Origin: an uncultured delta proteobacterium
Lineage (GTDB): Bacteria; Myxococcota; Myxococcia; Myxococcales; Myxococcaceae
DNA length: 64,000 nt
Assembly (NCBI GenBank): GCA_963771175.1
Contig: CAVYSY010000025.1
Span: 1-64,000, forward strand
Direction: 5' to 3'
Positions within the stretch are counted from its first letter, which is position 1. Every line of letters starts with the position of its first letter. Under the pieces are notes generated by a model. The model was not told the DNA's origin and searched no databases. It saw only the letters and a list, made by a program, of their open reading frames with translations. Positions 54,842 through 64,000 of the stretch are shown piece after piece. The translations under genes were made by a program, and so were the position numbers.

Positions 54842-55936
54842 TCACCGCCCGGTGGATGCCTCCCGCTCCTGGTCGAGCAGCCACGAGGCGATGGCCCGCT
54901 CGCACTGCTCGTGGCGGTCGAGGAAGGCGAAGTGCCCGCTGTCGACCTCGACATAGGTGGCGAGGCGACCCGCGCGGCGAGCGACCTCTCGCATCAGGCG
55001 CGCGGGCATCATGGAGTCGTGCTTCCCCTCGACCAGGAGCACGGGGACGCGAGGGAGTGACACCTTCGACGAGGCCCCCGAGAGCAGCACGAGCCCGCGG
55101 AGCTCCAGTCCAGGATGCGCCGCCCGCCCGGCCAGCACGCTCACGCCCACCCCTCCATTGGAGAGGCCCCCGAGGTACACCCGCCGGACTCCGCGCCGCG
55201 CGAGCCATGCGAAGGTGCGCTCCAGCGTCTCCTCGCCGTGCTTCGACCACCAGTCCCCCGAGGGCCCCACCGACGGGCAGACGGTGAGCGCCGAGATGGC
55301 TCGGGCCGCGCGCGACATCTGCCAGCAGTACACGGCGAAGTTGCCGGCATAGCCATGGAGCATCACGACGGCGACCTCGGGCGAGGCCGTGCCCTCGGGA
55401 GGGATGACGACGGCATCGAAGGCCTCGGGCGACTGGAGCCCGAGCCACGTCGCGATGGCGGGCGTGGCCACCGGGCCCTCCGCATCGCGAAGCCGGTCGA
55501 AGGCCCCCTCGAGCGCGGGGATGAACTCGCGCGCATCCGAGCGGGGAATCCGGCCCGAGAACAGGAGGGCATGTGCCGCGAGGAGCGTCCCATCCCGCTC
55601 ATCAACGAGGCGGTTCGTGAGCCTCCTGCCCTCGTCTGGCAGCCGCAGGGTGTGCAGGCCGTTCCCCTCCACGAAGAGGAGCCGCGCACTGGCGACGAGG
55701 AGCAGGAGGCCAAGCCCCACCCGCGTCAGGCCTCGGCGCCTCCGCCAGCGTTTCGTGAGCAGCCCGGCCGAGGTGATGGCGGCACCCACGGCATACCCCC
55801 ATCCCGACGCCGACGCTCCGATGACGCCTGCCGCCACGACCAGGAAGGCGGCGACGGGGCTGGTGACGAGGCCGAGCCAGAAGGCACGCCACGAGGCCAC
55901 GGACGGAGATGGGTTCCGACCTGTTGCTGAATCCAT
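54842..55936 (-). CDS. Membrane-anchored alpha/beta hydrolase
   Basis: Three N-terminal TM helices; LHGYAGN; GLSNGG; SGHF. Confidence 0.8.
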   Translation of the reverse strand: MDSATGRNPSPSVASWRAFWLGLVTSPVAAFLVVAAGVIGASASGWGYAVGAAITSAGLLTKRWRRRRGLTRVGLGLLLLVASARLLFVEGNGLHTLRLPDEGRRLTNRLVDERDGTLLAAHALLFSGRIPRSDAREFIPALEGAFDRLRDAEGPVATPAIATWLGLQSPEAFDAVVIPPEGTASPEVAVVMLHGYAGNFAVYCWQMSRAARAISALTVCPSVGPSGDWWSKHGEETLERTFAWLARRGVRRVYLGGLSNGGVGVSVLAGRAAHPGLELRGLVLLSGASSKVSLPRVPVLLVEGKHDSMMPARLMREVARRAGRLATYVEVDSGHFAFLDRHEQCERAIASWLLDQEREASTGR

Positions 55937-56114
55937 GCACCCAGTGTGGAGCGCCCCAGGAGGCAAGAGCTCCCCAGCCGACCGAGCGGTCTGGAGCAGG
56001 CCCCCGTCGGTCGCACCGCGCCCCTGGATGGCCAGCCCGGTCAGGAAATTCGCGCGTCCCGCGTCAAATACCTCATGAGGACGAGGCGCTCGGTTGCTCC
56101 TCCCTCTGAGATAT

Positions 56115-56185
56115 AGGCCGGTCGTTCAGTGGAAGGACCGCGGTCTCCAAAACCGCTGACGGGGGTTCGATTCCCTCTCGGCCTG
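56115..56185 (+). tRNA. trnW: tRNA-Trp(CCA), CCA tail not encoded
   Basis: Acceptor AGGCCGG/TCGGCCT; GCGGT-CTCCAAA-ACCGC; TTCGATT loop. Confidence 0.9.
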
Positions 56186-56190
56186 TTGAC

Positions 56191-56261
56191 AGGGACGTAG
56201 CTCAAAGGAAGAGCACCTGCCTGATAAGCGGGAGACAGCAGTTCGAGTCTGCTCGTCCCTA
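56191..56261 (+). tRNA. trnI: tRNA-Ile(GAT)
   Basis: AGGGACG/CGTCCCT; CCTGC-CTGATAA-GCGGG; TTCGAGT loop. Confidence 0.88.
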
Positions 56262-56270
56262 TTCACAGAC

Positions 56271-56341
56271 ACGCGAGTCGCTCAACAGCAGAGCACCGGT
56301 TTGACATACCGGAGATCAGGGTGCGACTCCCTGCTCGCGTA
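56271..56341 (+). tRNA. trnV: tRNA-Val(GAC), atypical D and T loops
   Basis: ACGCGAG/CTCGCGT; CCGGT-TTGACAT-ACCGG; T-loop TGCGACT; no GG in D-loop. Confidence 0.8.
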
Positions 56342-56345
56342 ATTC

Positions 56346-56416
56346 GGGGTCATCGTCCAACAGGAAGATGCCGCCATCGCAAGGCGGAGATCCGGGTGCG
56401 ACTCCCGGTGACTCCA
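56346..56416 (+). tRNA. trnA: tRNA-Ala(CGC), atypical
   Basis: GGGGTCA/TGACTCC with G3:U70; CCGCC-ATCGCAA-GGCGG; T-loop TGCGACT. Confidence 0.82.
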
Positions 56417-56427
56417 CTCTTCATCTC

Positions 56428-56496
56428 GGGCTGACCGCTGGGGCGGAGCCGGACCTTGCACGTCTGGCCTGTCGGGTTCGATTCCCGGTCGGTCCA
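56428..56496 (+). tRNA. tRNA-Ala(TGC)-like RNA with aberrant D-arm
   Basis: GGGCTGA/TCGGTCC with G3:U70; CGGAC-CTTGCAC-GTCTG; TTCGATT; D hairpin CCGC-TGGG-GCGG follows position 7 directly. Confidence 0.65.
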
Positions 56497-56505
56497 CTCC
56501 CTCCC

Positions 56506-57945
56506 TCACCAGGCCCAGAAGGCCAGCAGGGCTCCCGCGACGGTGGCCACCACGTTGACGGTGTCGTTGCCCAACCAGGAGAAGCCTCGGTGCGACCGGG
56601 TAGGCCGGCCACAGCGGTGAATTCTGCGCTCGGTCTCCCGGCCGCAGGTGTCGCACCACCGCACGTCCTGCACCGTGGCGCCCAGGAGGCTGTCGATCAG
56701 CGAGCCCACCACTCCGGCCAGGATGAGCCAGGGCACGAGCGACCACCGGGCCCCCGCGAGCGCGGCCGCCAGTCCCACGAAGGTGGCGCCCGCGGTGGCC
56801 GCCAGCAGCCCCACTCCAGAGACAGCCCCGGACGTGCCCGGCGCCACCGGTCGCAGCGTGGTGAGCAGCCTCGGGGGCGAGCGGGAGAGAACGCCCAACT
56901 CCGTGGCCCACGTGTCCGCGTTGGCGGCGACCAGGGCGCCCAGCATGGCCAGGGCGTAGCGCTCGTCTCCGGTGACGCCCAGCAGCACCGCCGCCAGCCC
57001 CGCCACGCCCCCATTCGCCAGTGCCTGCCCCAGGTCGCGCGTCCCCGTCTTGGCGTACTCCTCCTCCACGCCGGCCTTCCGGGCGCGGAAGGACTTGGAG
57101 AGCACGCTGGAGGAGATGAAGAAACCGAGCAGTGCCGCGGCCCCCACCGCACCCGCCAGCCCGAAGACGGGCGTGCCGATGAGGATGGCGCCCAGCACAC
57201 CGCTCGGGGTGAGTGAGCCCCGGGCCCAGGACGCCACGCCGATGAGGAGGGCCACTCCCGCGCCCACGCCCAGGCCCGCGGCGTGCGCGGGCGGGACGAG
57301 GAAGAGGACGGCCCCGGCGGCCAGCGGCACCCAGAGGTTGTCCCGGCCCCGGGTGCCGAGTGCCTCGGCGCAGGTGGCCACCACGGCGCACAGCAGGGCC
57401 AGTGGCACCTTCGGCATGTCCGGGGCGAGGCCCGGCATCCACGTCAGCGTGGCCAGCACGGCCACGAAGGTGCCCGCCAACATGGCCAGCGAGCCCTCCA
57501 GGCTCTTGCGCTCGCCGCCGAGCGTCTCGTACGGGTGGCGCCCGAAGCGCCGGCCCACCAGCGAGGCCAGGGCATCCCCCACCGCCATGGCCATGACACC
57601 GCCCGCCGCGGCCGCGGGCTTGTCCCACGCAAGCCACACCAGCAACGAGAAGGACACCGGGAACCAGACCGTGCCCAGGTTGTCGGGCTCGGCCTCCACG
57701 GACTTCAACAGGCGCTTGCGGTGGATGAGCCAGTTGCCCGCCACCGCCGTCACCGACGGCACCACGGCCAGCGCAGGGTTCCGGAAGAGCAGCAGCGTGC
57801 CGAAGATCCAGAAGCCCACGCTCACGTGGACGAGCTTGCGTGCGAGCTCTCGCGACAGGCCCGCGCGCAGGGCCAGCTCACCCGCGACCACGCAGACCCC
57901 GATATACCCATAGGACCAGAGGAGTGCCTGAACGTCCTGACTCAT
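56506..57945 (-). CDS. Fusion of phytol/dolichol kinase-like (CTP-transferase) domain and DUF92 domain
   Basis: ARKLVH, GDALASLVGRRFG, KSLEGS, DNL; then RDLGQALANGG, ANADTWATELG, GTSGAVS, DSLLGATVQ, NDTVN. Confidence 0.88.
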   Translation of the reverse strand: MSQDVQALLWSYGYIGVCVVAGELALRAGLSRELARKLVHVSVGFWIFGTLLLFRNPALAVVPSVTAVAGNWLIHRKRLLKSVEAEPDNLGTVWFPVSFSLLVWLAWDKPAAAAGGVMAMAVGDALASLVGRRFGRHPYETLGGERKSLEGSLAMLAGTFVAVLATLTWMPGLAPDMPKVPLALLCAVVATCAEALGTRGRDNLWVPLAAGAVLFLVPPAHAAGLGVGAGVALLIGVASWARGSLTPSGVLGAILIGTPVFGLAGAVGAAALLGFFISSSVLSKSFRARKAGVEEEYAKTGTRDLGQALANGGVAGLAAVLLGVTGDERYALAMLGALVAANADTWATELGVLSRSPPRLLTTLRPVAPGTSGAVSGVGLLAATAGATFVGLAAALAGARWSLVPWLILAGVVGSLIDSLLGATVQDVRWCDTCGRETERRIHRCGRPTRSHRGFSWLGNDTVNVVATVAGALLAFWAW

Positions 57946-57964
57946 GGACCCGAGTGTACCCTGC

Positions 57965-58954
57965 CTATTTCGAGGTCTCCGGGTAACAGCCCGCCAGCCG
58001 GGCTCGCTCGCGCACCAGCACCAGCACCAGCTCGCAGGTCGGCATCGGCTTCCCGACGAGGTGGCCGAGCTCCACCACCGCACCCAGCAGCGCGTCGATC
58101 TCCATCGGCCGGCCGCGCTCGAGGTCCTGCAGCATCGAGGTCTTGTGCGCGCCGACCTCCGCCGCCCCTTGGATGCGCTTGTCGACGTCGATCGGGAAGC
58201 GCACGCCGAGCGCCTCGGCGACGACCTGGGCCTCCACCATCATCGCGCGCGCAACCGCCCGCAGGTCGTCCCTCCCCGCGAGCCGCTCGAGCGTCGCGCC
58301 CGTCAGCGCCGAGAGCGGATTGAAGGCGAGGTTGCCCCAGAGCTTGACCCAGATCTCGTCGCGGATGCGCGCCCGGACCGGCGCCTTGAAGCCCGCCGGA
58401 TCACAGGCGCGACAGGGCCTCGATGCGCGGCGCTCTTGCTGCCGTCGGCTCGCCCAGGGAGAAGCGATCGCCATAGGTGTGCTCGATCACGCCGGGCTCG
58501 ACCACCTCGGCCGCCGGATAGACGCACGCGCCGATGACGCGCGATGGCTCCAGGGTCCGGCAGAGCTCGCCGCCCGGATCGACGCTCTCGCACCGGCCGG
58601 TCACGGTAGGGCCCTTCGAGCCCGTGGAAGTACCACCAGGGCACGCCGTTGATGCCGGTGACGAGCGCGGTGTCGGGGCCCAGCAGCGGCGCGATCTGCG
58701 GCGCGGCCGCCGGCAGGGAGTGCGCCTTCAGCGTGACGACGACGTAGTCCTGCGGCCCCGCCTCGGCCGGGTCGTCGGTGCAGCGCGGCCGGACGGTGAC
58801 GCTCTCGCCCCCGCTCCGGAGCGTGAGGCCCCGCTCGCGCATCGCCGCGAGATGCGCCCCGCGCGCGATGAGGGTGACCTCGGCGCCGGCCTGGAGCAGC
58901 CGGACACCGATGAAGCCGCCGATCGCGCCGGCGCCGAAGATGGCCGATCCTCAT
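57965..58954 (-). CDS. panE2: Ketopantoate-reductase-family enzyme, probable oxalyl-CoA reductase (frameshifted)
   Basis: [42 protein letters not shown]; coupled to upstream acyl-CoA ligase. Confidence 0.75.
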
Positions 58955-60502
58955 GCCGTCAGCCCCAGCTTCTCGGCGAGGCCGATGCGCTGCAGCTTGC
59001 CGGTCGCGCCCTTGGGGATCTCGGCCAGGAAGACGATCTTCCGCGGCACCTTGAAGTCGGCCAGGCGCGCGGCGGCGAAGTCGCGGAGCTCCCGCTCGCC
59101 GGCGCTCGTGCCCTCGCGCAGCACCACGGCGGCGGCGACCTCCTCGCCGAGCTTCGCGTGCGGCATGGCGAAGGTGACCGCCTGCGGCACCGCCGGGTGG
59201 TCCATCAGCACCGTCGTCGACCTCGAGCGGGCTGATCTTCTCGCCGCCGCGGTTGATGAGTCTCCTTGAGCCGGCCGGTGAGCCGCAGGTAGCCCGTCCT
59301 CGTCCATCACGCCCTGGTCGCCGGTGCGGAACCAGCCGTCGGTGAAGGCCCTGGCGTTGGCCTCGGGATTGTTCTCGTAGCCGGCCGTGACGTTGCGGCC
59401 GCGGATGACGACCTCGCCCGAGCGCGCCCGCGGGCAGCAGGTTGCCGTCCTCGTCCATGATGGCGACCTCCGGCCCCGCGGCGAGGCCGACCGAGCCCGG
59501 CTTCCGCGGCCGCGGCGGCAGCGGGTTCGAGGCCATCTGGTGCGCCGCCTCGGTCATGCCGTAGCTCTCGATCACCGGCACGCCGAAGACCCGCTCCAGC
59601 TCCTCCATCACCTGCGGCGGCAGCGACGCGGAGGAGGAGCGGATGAAGCGCAGCCGCCCCGCCCGGATGACCTCGGCGTTGCGCGCGGCGCGCGCGAGGA
59701 TCGCCTGGTGCATGGTCGGCACGGCCGTGTACCAGGTCGGCCGCGCCTCCTCGAGCCAGGCAGAAGAAGTGGAGCGCGTTGAAGCCGGGCGTGCAGACCA
59801 CCGCGCCGCCCGCCGCGAGCGACGCCAGCACCGCCGCGATCAGCCCGTGGATGTGGAACAGCGGCATGATGTTGAGGCAGACGATCCGTCGCGCGTCAGC
59901 GCGAGCGTGCGGCCGATGTGGCACGCGGAGGCCGTGACGTTGACGTGGCGCAGCGGCACGATCTTCGGCCGCGAGGTCGTGCCGGAGGTGTGCAGCACGA
60001 GCGCGACGTCCTCGGCCGCGGCGAAGCCAGCTCGGGCCGGCGCGCCAGCGAGCGGCCGCTCCGGCCTCAAGGTGAAGACACCGGCCGGTCCTCCCGGGTC
60101 GGGCATCAGCTCGAGCACCGGAATGCCCCGCGCCGCTGCGACGGCGCGGGCCGGGCTCTCCTCGCCCTCCAGGAGGACGAGCGCCTTGGCGTTCAGGTCG
60201 GTGAGGTAGAACTCGAACTCCTCCGCCCGGTAGGCCGGGTTGAGCGGCGCGGTGGTGGCGCCGCACGCGAGGGAGACGAAGGCCGTCGCCATCTCCGGCC
60301 CGTTGGGCAGCACGATGGCCACCCGGTCGCCGCGCCCGATGCCCATGCCGTTCAGCGCCGCGACGGTGCGCCGGGCGAGGTCCCTCAAGCCGCCATGGGT
60401 GAGGCCGGGCCGTCCCGGAGCTCCGACCGCGAGATCGCCCTCGCGCCCGTGCTCGATGAGTCCCCCGACCGTGTCAGCGAGGTACATGCTCGAAGCCTCC
60501 AT
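58951..60502 (-). CDS. Acyl-CoA synthetase, probable oxalate-CoA ligase (frameshifted)
   Basis: [57 protein letters not shown]. Confidence 0.85.
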
Positions 60503-60582
60503 GCTGGAGGTTCTCCGATATGCGCTCCGAGACCACCGCGCAACCGGCCAGCTCAGCGGCCCACGAAAGAAGCAAGCGCCAG

Positions 60583-60969
60583 CTATTCGGGCACGAGCTG
60601 CACGTTCACCACGCGACCCTCGTAGCCACAACTACAGCAGCCGGTGCGCTCCACTGCGGCCACCTCCTCCACGAGATGGACCGACCGGTAGCCTGGAGCC
60701 TGGATGTCGAGCTCGTAGCGGCCCGGCCCGTTCTGGGAGAGGTAGCAACTGGCGACGTTCCCGTCCGGAGAGCACGAGCCCTGCCCAGCCCCCAGCACCA
60801 CCTCGGGCACGGGTTGTCCGGAAGCACCGCTGACGCGCAGCGAGAGCGCGGGAGGACAGGGGCCGCACAGGACGGCGGCGCATTCATCGTTCTGTGCCCA
60901 GGGCAGGCCACAGGCCGAGAGCGAGAGGACGAACAGCGTGGTGCGGAAGAGCGTCGGGAAACGGTTCAT
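60583..60969 (-). CDS. Small Cys-rich lipoprotein with carboxypeptidase-regulatory-like domain
   Basis: LSLSAC lipobox; PGRYELDIQAPGY. Confidence 0.7.
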   Translation of the reverse strand: MNRFPTLFRTTLFVLSLSACGLPWAQNDECAAVLCGPCPPALSLRVSGASGQPVPEVVLGAGQGSCSPDGNVASCYLSQNGPGRYELDIQAPGYRSVHLVEEVAAVERTGCCSCGYEGRVVNVQLVPE

Positions 60970-61101
60970 GACGCGTGCAGCGAGCAACGTATGTGCCACG
61001 CCCTGCCCTCTCGGGAGCCCCCCGAGGAGGGCCTCGCGGCTCCCTCGGAAATCCGAGCCGGTGGGGAAAGTCCGAGGGGGTGCGCCTCCGGGTGCCCTCG
61101 C

Positions 61102-61623
61102 CTACCGGCCGCGCGCAGGCAGCACCGTGGCCTCGCGCACCGGCGCCGAACCCGACTCCAGCGCCTCAATGCGCTTGCGCTGGCGGTGACGCAGGATCTT
61201 CTCGTAGGCCACGTTCAGCTCGCGCATCTTCGCCTCCGAGCCACCCCGGTCCGGGTGCCGCTCCAGCGCCAGCTCGCGAAAGCGCGCGCGGATGACCTCC
61301 GGCGGATCCATCGGCGACACGCCCATGATCCGGTACGGATCCTGGTCGTCGAGCGCCGCCAGCCACTGGTCCAGCCGGTCCTTCACCGCGATGAAGCGCT
61401 CGTCCGCCTCCGTCTTCTCCTTCACCGGGTGCGTGCGCATCTTCGCGTCCGCGCGGAGGACGTCCGAGTAGGTGCTCGACACCCAGCGGTGGCACGAGCC
61501 GCAGCGGAAGTACTTCACCCGGGGGCCCGAATGGCCGGTCATCCGCACCCCACAGTGGGTGCACTCGACCTCGACGTTCTCCAGGGTCCGCCAGTTCCAG
61601 CTCGTCGCAACCGCCGCGCTCAT
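61102..61623 (-). CDS. Zn-ribbon + J-domain protein
   Basis: CTHC/CGSC; DPYRIMGV..HPDRGG..LNVAYE. Confidence 0.9.
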   Translation of the reverse strand: MSAAVATSWNWRTLENVEVECTHCGVRMTGHSGPRVKYFRCGSCHRWVSSTYSDVLRADAKMRTHPVKEKTEADERFIAVKDRLDQWLAALDDQDPYRIMGVSPMDPPEVIRARFRELALERHPDRGGSEAKMRELNVAYEKILRHRQRKRIEALESGSAPVREATVLPARGR

Positions 61624-61780
61624 GGGTGTGAGACCTCTTCGCTCGTGCGCTACAGCTCTGTAGCTGGCGTCAAGGTCCCACGATCCGATCCTACGTCAAG
61701 AAAATTGGCAATCGGACGGTACTCGCTCCCCCAGCCACACGGCCCGTCCGAACGACCGGGTTTCACGGTAAACCGTGTGG

Positions 61781-62616
61781 ATGCTCGAACAGACGATCGC
61801 CTTCCTCGGCGCCGGCAACATGGCCGAGGCGCATCATCAAGGGCCTGCTGCGCGCCGGCACCGCCAGGCCCGAATCCATCATCGCCACCGGCCGCCGCGC
61901 GGAGCGGCTGGACGCAGCTCCACGCCGACCTACGGGGTGCGCACCACCCTGGACAACCTGGCCGCCGTGCGCGAGGCGGACGTCGTGGTGCTCTCGCGTG
62001 AAGCCGCAGGCCCTGGACAAGCTGCTCGTCCAGGTGGCACCGGCGATCGACCCGCACAAGCTCGTCATCTCCGTGGCCGCCGGCGTGCCCATCGCGGCCA
62101 TGGAGCGGCGGCTCGGCGCCGGGGCGCGCATCGTCCGCACCATGCCCAACACCCCCTCCCTGGTGGGCGCGGGCGCCTGCGCGCTGGCTCGGCGGCGAGC
62201 ACGCCACCGACGAGGACCTGACGCGTCGCCACCGCGCATCTTCGAGTCGGTGGGCATCACCACCGTGGTGGACGAGAACCTCCTCGACGCGGTCACCGGC
62301 CTGTCCGGCAGCGGCCCGGCCTACATCTTCCTCATCATCGAGGCCCTCTCCGACGCGGGGGTGAAGGTGGGCCTGCCCCGCTACACCGCCCTCAAGCTCG
62401 CCGCCCAGACGGTGCTGGGCAGCGCCAAGCTGCTCATCGAGACCGGCGCCCACCCCGGCCAGCTCAAGGACCAGGTGACCAGCCCCGGGCGGCACCGCCA
62501 TCGCCGGCCTGCACACCCTGGAGGCAGGCGGGCTGCGCACCACCCTCATCAACGCGGTGGAGGCCGCCACCCGCCGCGCCAAGGAGCTGGGCGAGCAGTT
62601 CCTGGAGAAGTCCTGA
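61781..62616 (+). CDS. proC: Pyrroline-5-carboxylate reductase (frameshifted)
   Basis: [36 protein letters not shown]. Confidence 0.92.
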
Positions 62617-62642
62617 GGGCTGGCCTATACTGGGGGGCCGCC

Positions 62643-63173
62643 ATGAAGATCACCCCTCTCGACATCCGGCAGAAGCGCTTCGAGACGGCCCTCCGCGGCT
62701 TCTCGAAGCGCGAGGTCGAGGCCTTCCTCGAGCTCATCGCCGGCGAGTTCGAGGAGGTGGTGAAGGAGAACATCGCGCTCAAGGAGGAGCTCAAGCGCAC
62801 CCAGCTGCGGCTCGAGCAGCACCTCGAGCGCGAGCGCACCCTGCAGGAGACGATGGTCACCGCCCAGCGCATCAGCGAGGACCTGAAGGCCGCCGCCAAG
62901 AAGGAGGCGGAGATCATCCTCGCGGACGCCGAGCACCAGGCGGAGAAGATCGTCCACGGCGCCCACCAGCGGCTGGTGCAGGTGGTGGAGGACATCAACG
63001 AGCTCAAGCGCCAGCGCGTGCAGTTCGAGTCCCAGGTGCAGCTCCGTGGTCGACGCGCACCAGAAGCTGCTGGAGACGTTCAGCGGCCGCACCTTCGCCG
63101 ACAAGGACTACGCGCGCGTCGAGGACAACGTGGCCTTCCTCACCCAGAAGAAGGCCGCAGCAACGGCGAGTAG
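62643..63173 (+). CDS. divIVA: DivIVA-domain protein (FruD-like; frameshift near 63040)
   Basis: MKITPLDIRQKRFETALRGFSKREVEAFL + coiled coil. Confidence 0.92.
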   Translation: MKITPLDIRQKRFETALRGFSKREVEAFLELIAGEFEEVVKENIALKEELKRTQLRLEQHLERERTLQETMVTAQRISEDLKAAAKKEAEIILADAEHQAEKIVHGAHQRLVQVVEDINELKRQRVQFESQVQLRGRRAPEAAGDVQRPHLRRQGLRARRGQRGLPHPEEGRSNGE

Positions 63174-63176
63174 CCC

Positions 63177-63478
63177 GTGGCCGCCTCCTGGCTCAAGGAA
63201 GTCCCCGGCGGGGTCGAGCTGGCCGTGCTGGTGCAGCCCCGCGCCTCGCGCACCCGGGTGGTGGGCGAGCACGACGGGCTGCTGAAGATCCAGCTCGCCG
63301 CCCCGCCGGTGGACGGCGAGGCCAACGCCGCGCTGGTCGAGTTCCTCGCCAAGCGACTGGGCGTCCCCCGGCGGCAGGTGACCCTGGTCGGCCGGTGACA
63401 CCTCGCGTCGCAAGCGGGTGCGAGTCGAGGGGCTTGACGCGCGCGGAGGCCGAGGCTGTTATGTCTGCGGGCACGTGA
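63177..63478 (+). CDS. yggU: DUF167/YggU family protein (frameshifted)
   Basis: [22 protein letters not shown]. Confidence 0.9.
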
Positions 63479-63485
63479 GGCTCCC

Positions 63486-64000
63486 ATGCGCCACCTGCTG
63501 CTGCTCCTGACGTTGCTGCTGTCGCCCATCGCGGGCAGCCCAGGAGGGCTACGTCGGCCCCGCCCCGGTGGCCGGCCATGCCAACGGAGGCGCGGAGCCC
63601 GCGCTGGTGCCCCTCCCCCGGCCCGCGCTGGTGGCCGGCGAGCTGTCCACGCCGCGCTTCCGCATCCTCTACACCGCCAAGCGCCGAGGGCTGCCGCGCG
63701 CCAGCTCGCCGGCGCCATCGAGTCCGTGCGCGACAGCTTCGTGGGCGTGCTGGGGCGGGACTGGCCGGGCGTGACGGAGCTGCGCGTGGGCGTGGGCCGC
63801 GAGGAGTTCGAGGCCCTGGCGCTCCCCGGCGGCGCGCCCCCGGGCTGGGCGGTGGCGCTCGCCTACCCCATGCACCGGATCGTCCTGCTCAACGCGCTGA
63901 CGCTCTCGCGGCCCCGAGGGCCTGGCCACGCTGCGCCACGAGCTGGCGCACGTGGCGCTGGGGCAGCTCGGCGAGGAGCTGGCCGCGCTGGTTCCAGGAG
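63486..64000 (+). CDS. Peptidase MA-like metalloprotease (partial, frameshifted)
   Basis: Signal peptide; PGWAVALAYP; LRHELAH HExxH. Confidence 0.75.
   Translation, partial: MRHLLLLLTLLLSPIAGSPGGLRRPRPGGRPCQRRRGARAGAPPPARAGGRRAVHAALPHPLHRQAPRAAARQLAGAIESVRDSFVGVLGRDWPGVTELRVGVGREEFEALALPGGAPPGWAVALAYPMHRIVLLNALTLSRPRGPGHAAPRAGARGAGAARRGAGRAGSR

Noticed and set aside
56080..56100. sigma54 promoter for the tRNA array
   Set aside because: GG-to-GC spacing is 9, not 10

Overview
High-GC myxobacterial (Cystobacterineae/Archangium-like) chromosomal segment, identified by a clear fruA ortholog and a dnaJ-proC-divIVA-yggU block. The left end carries a lipoprotein Tox-REase-5 toxin/Imm52 pair, modABC, and a complete class II lanthipeptide cluster (two adaptor proteins, LanT, one precursor, LanM) convergent on fruA. 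The stretch from about 18 to 56 kb is a plasticity zone. It holds tRNA-Glu and tmRNA 3'-end att-like scars, one intact IS91/ISCR-type rolling-circle transposase with several remnants and oriIS-like ends, and many truncated genes. Its cargo includes a c-di-AMP (ydaO) riboswitch-controlled kup, a rifamycin phosphotransferase, a sigma54-driven lectin-like lipoprotein, and an NlpC/P60 hydrolase paired with an odd beta-rich protein. The right part has a compact array of five CCA-less tRNA genes (several atypical), a phytol-kinase/DUF92 fusion and an oxalyl-CoA synthetase/reductase-like pair. Many genes, including core ones, have single-base frameshifts that are probably sequencing errors. All family calls come from motif recognition by eye; no database search was run.
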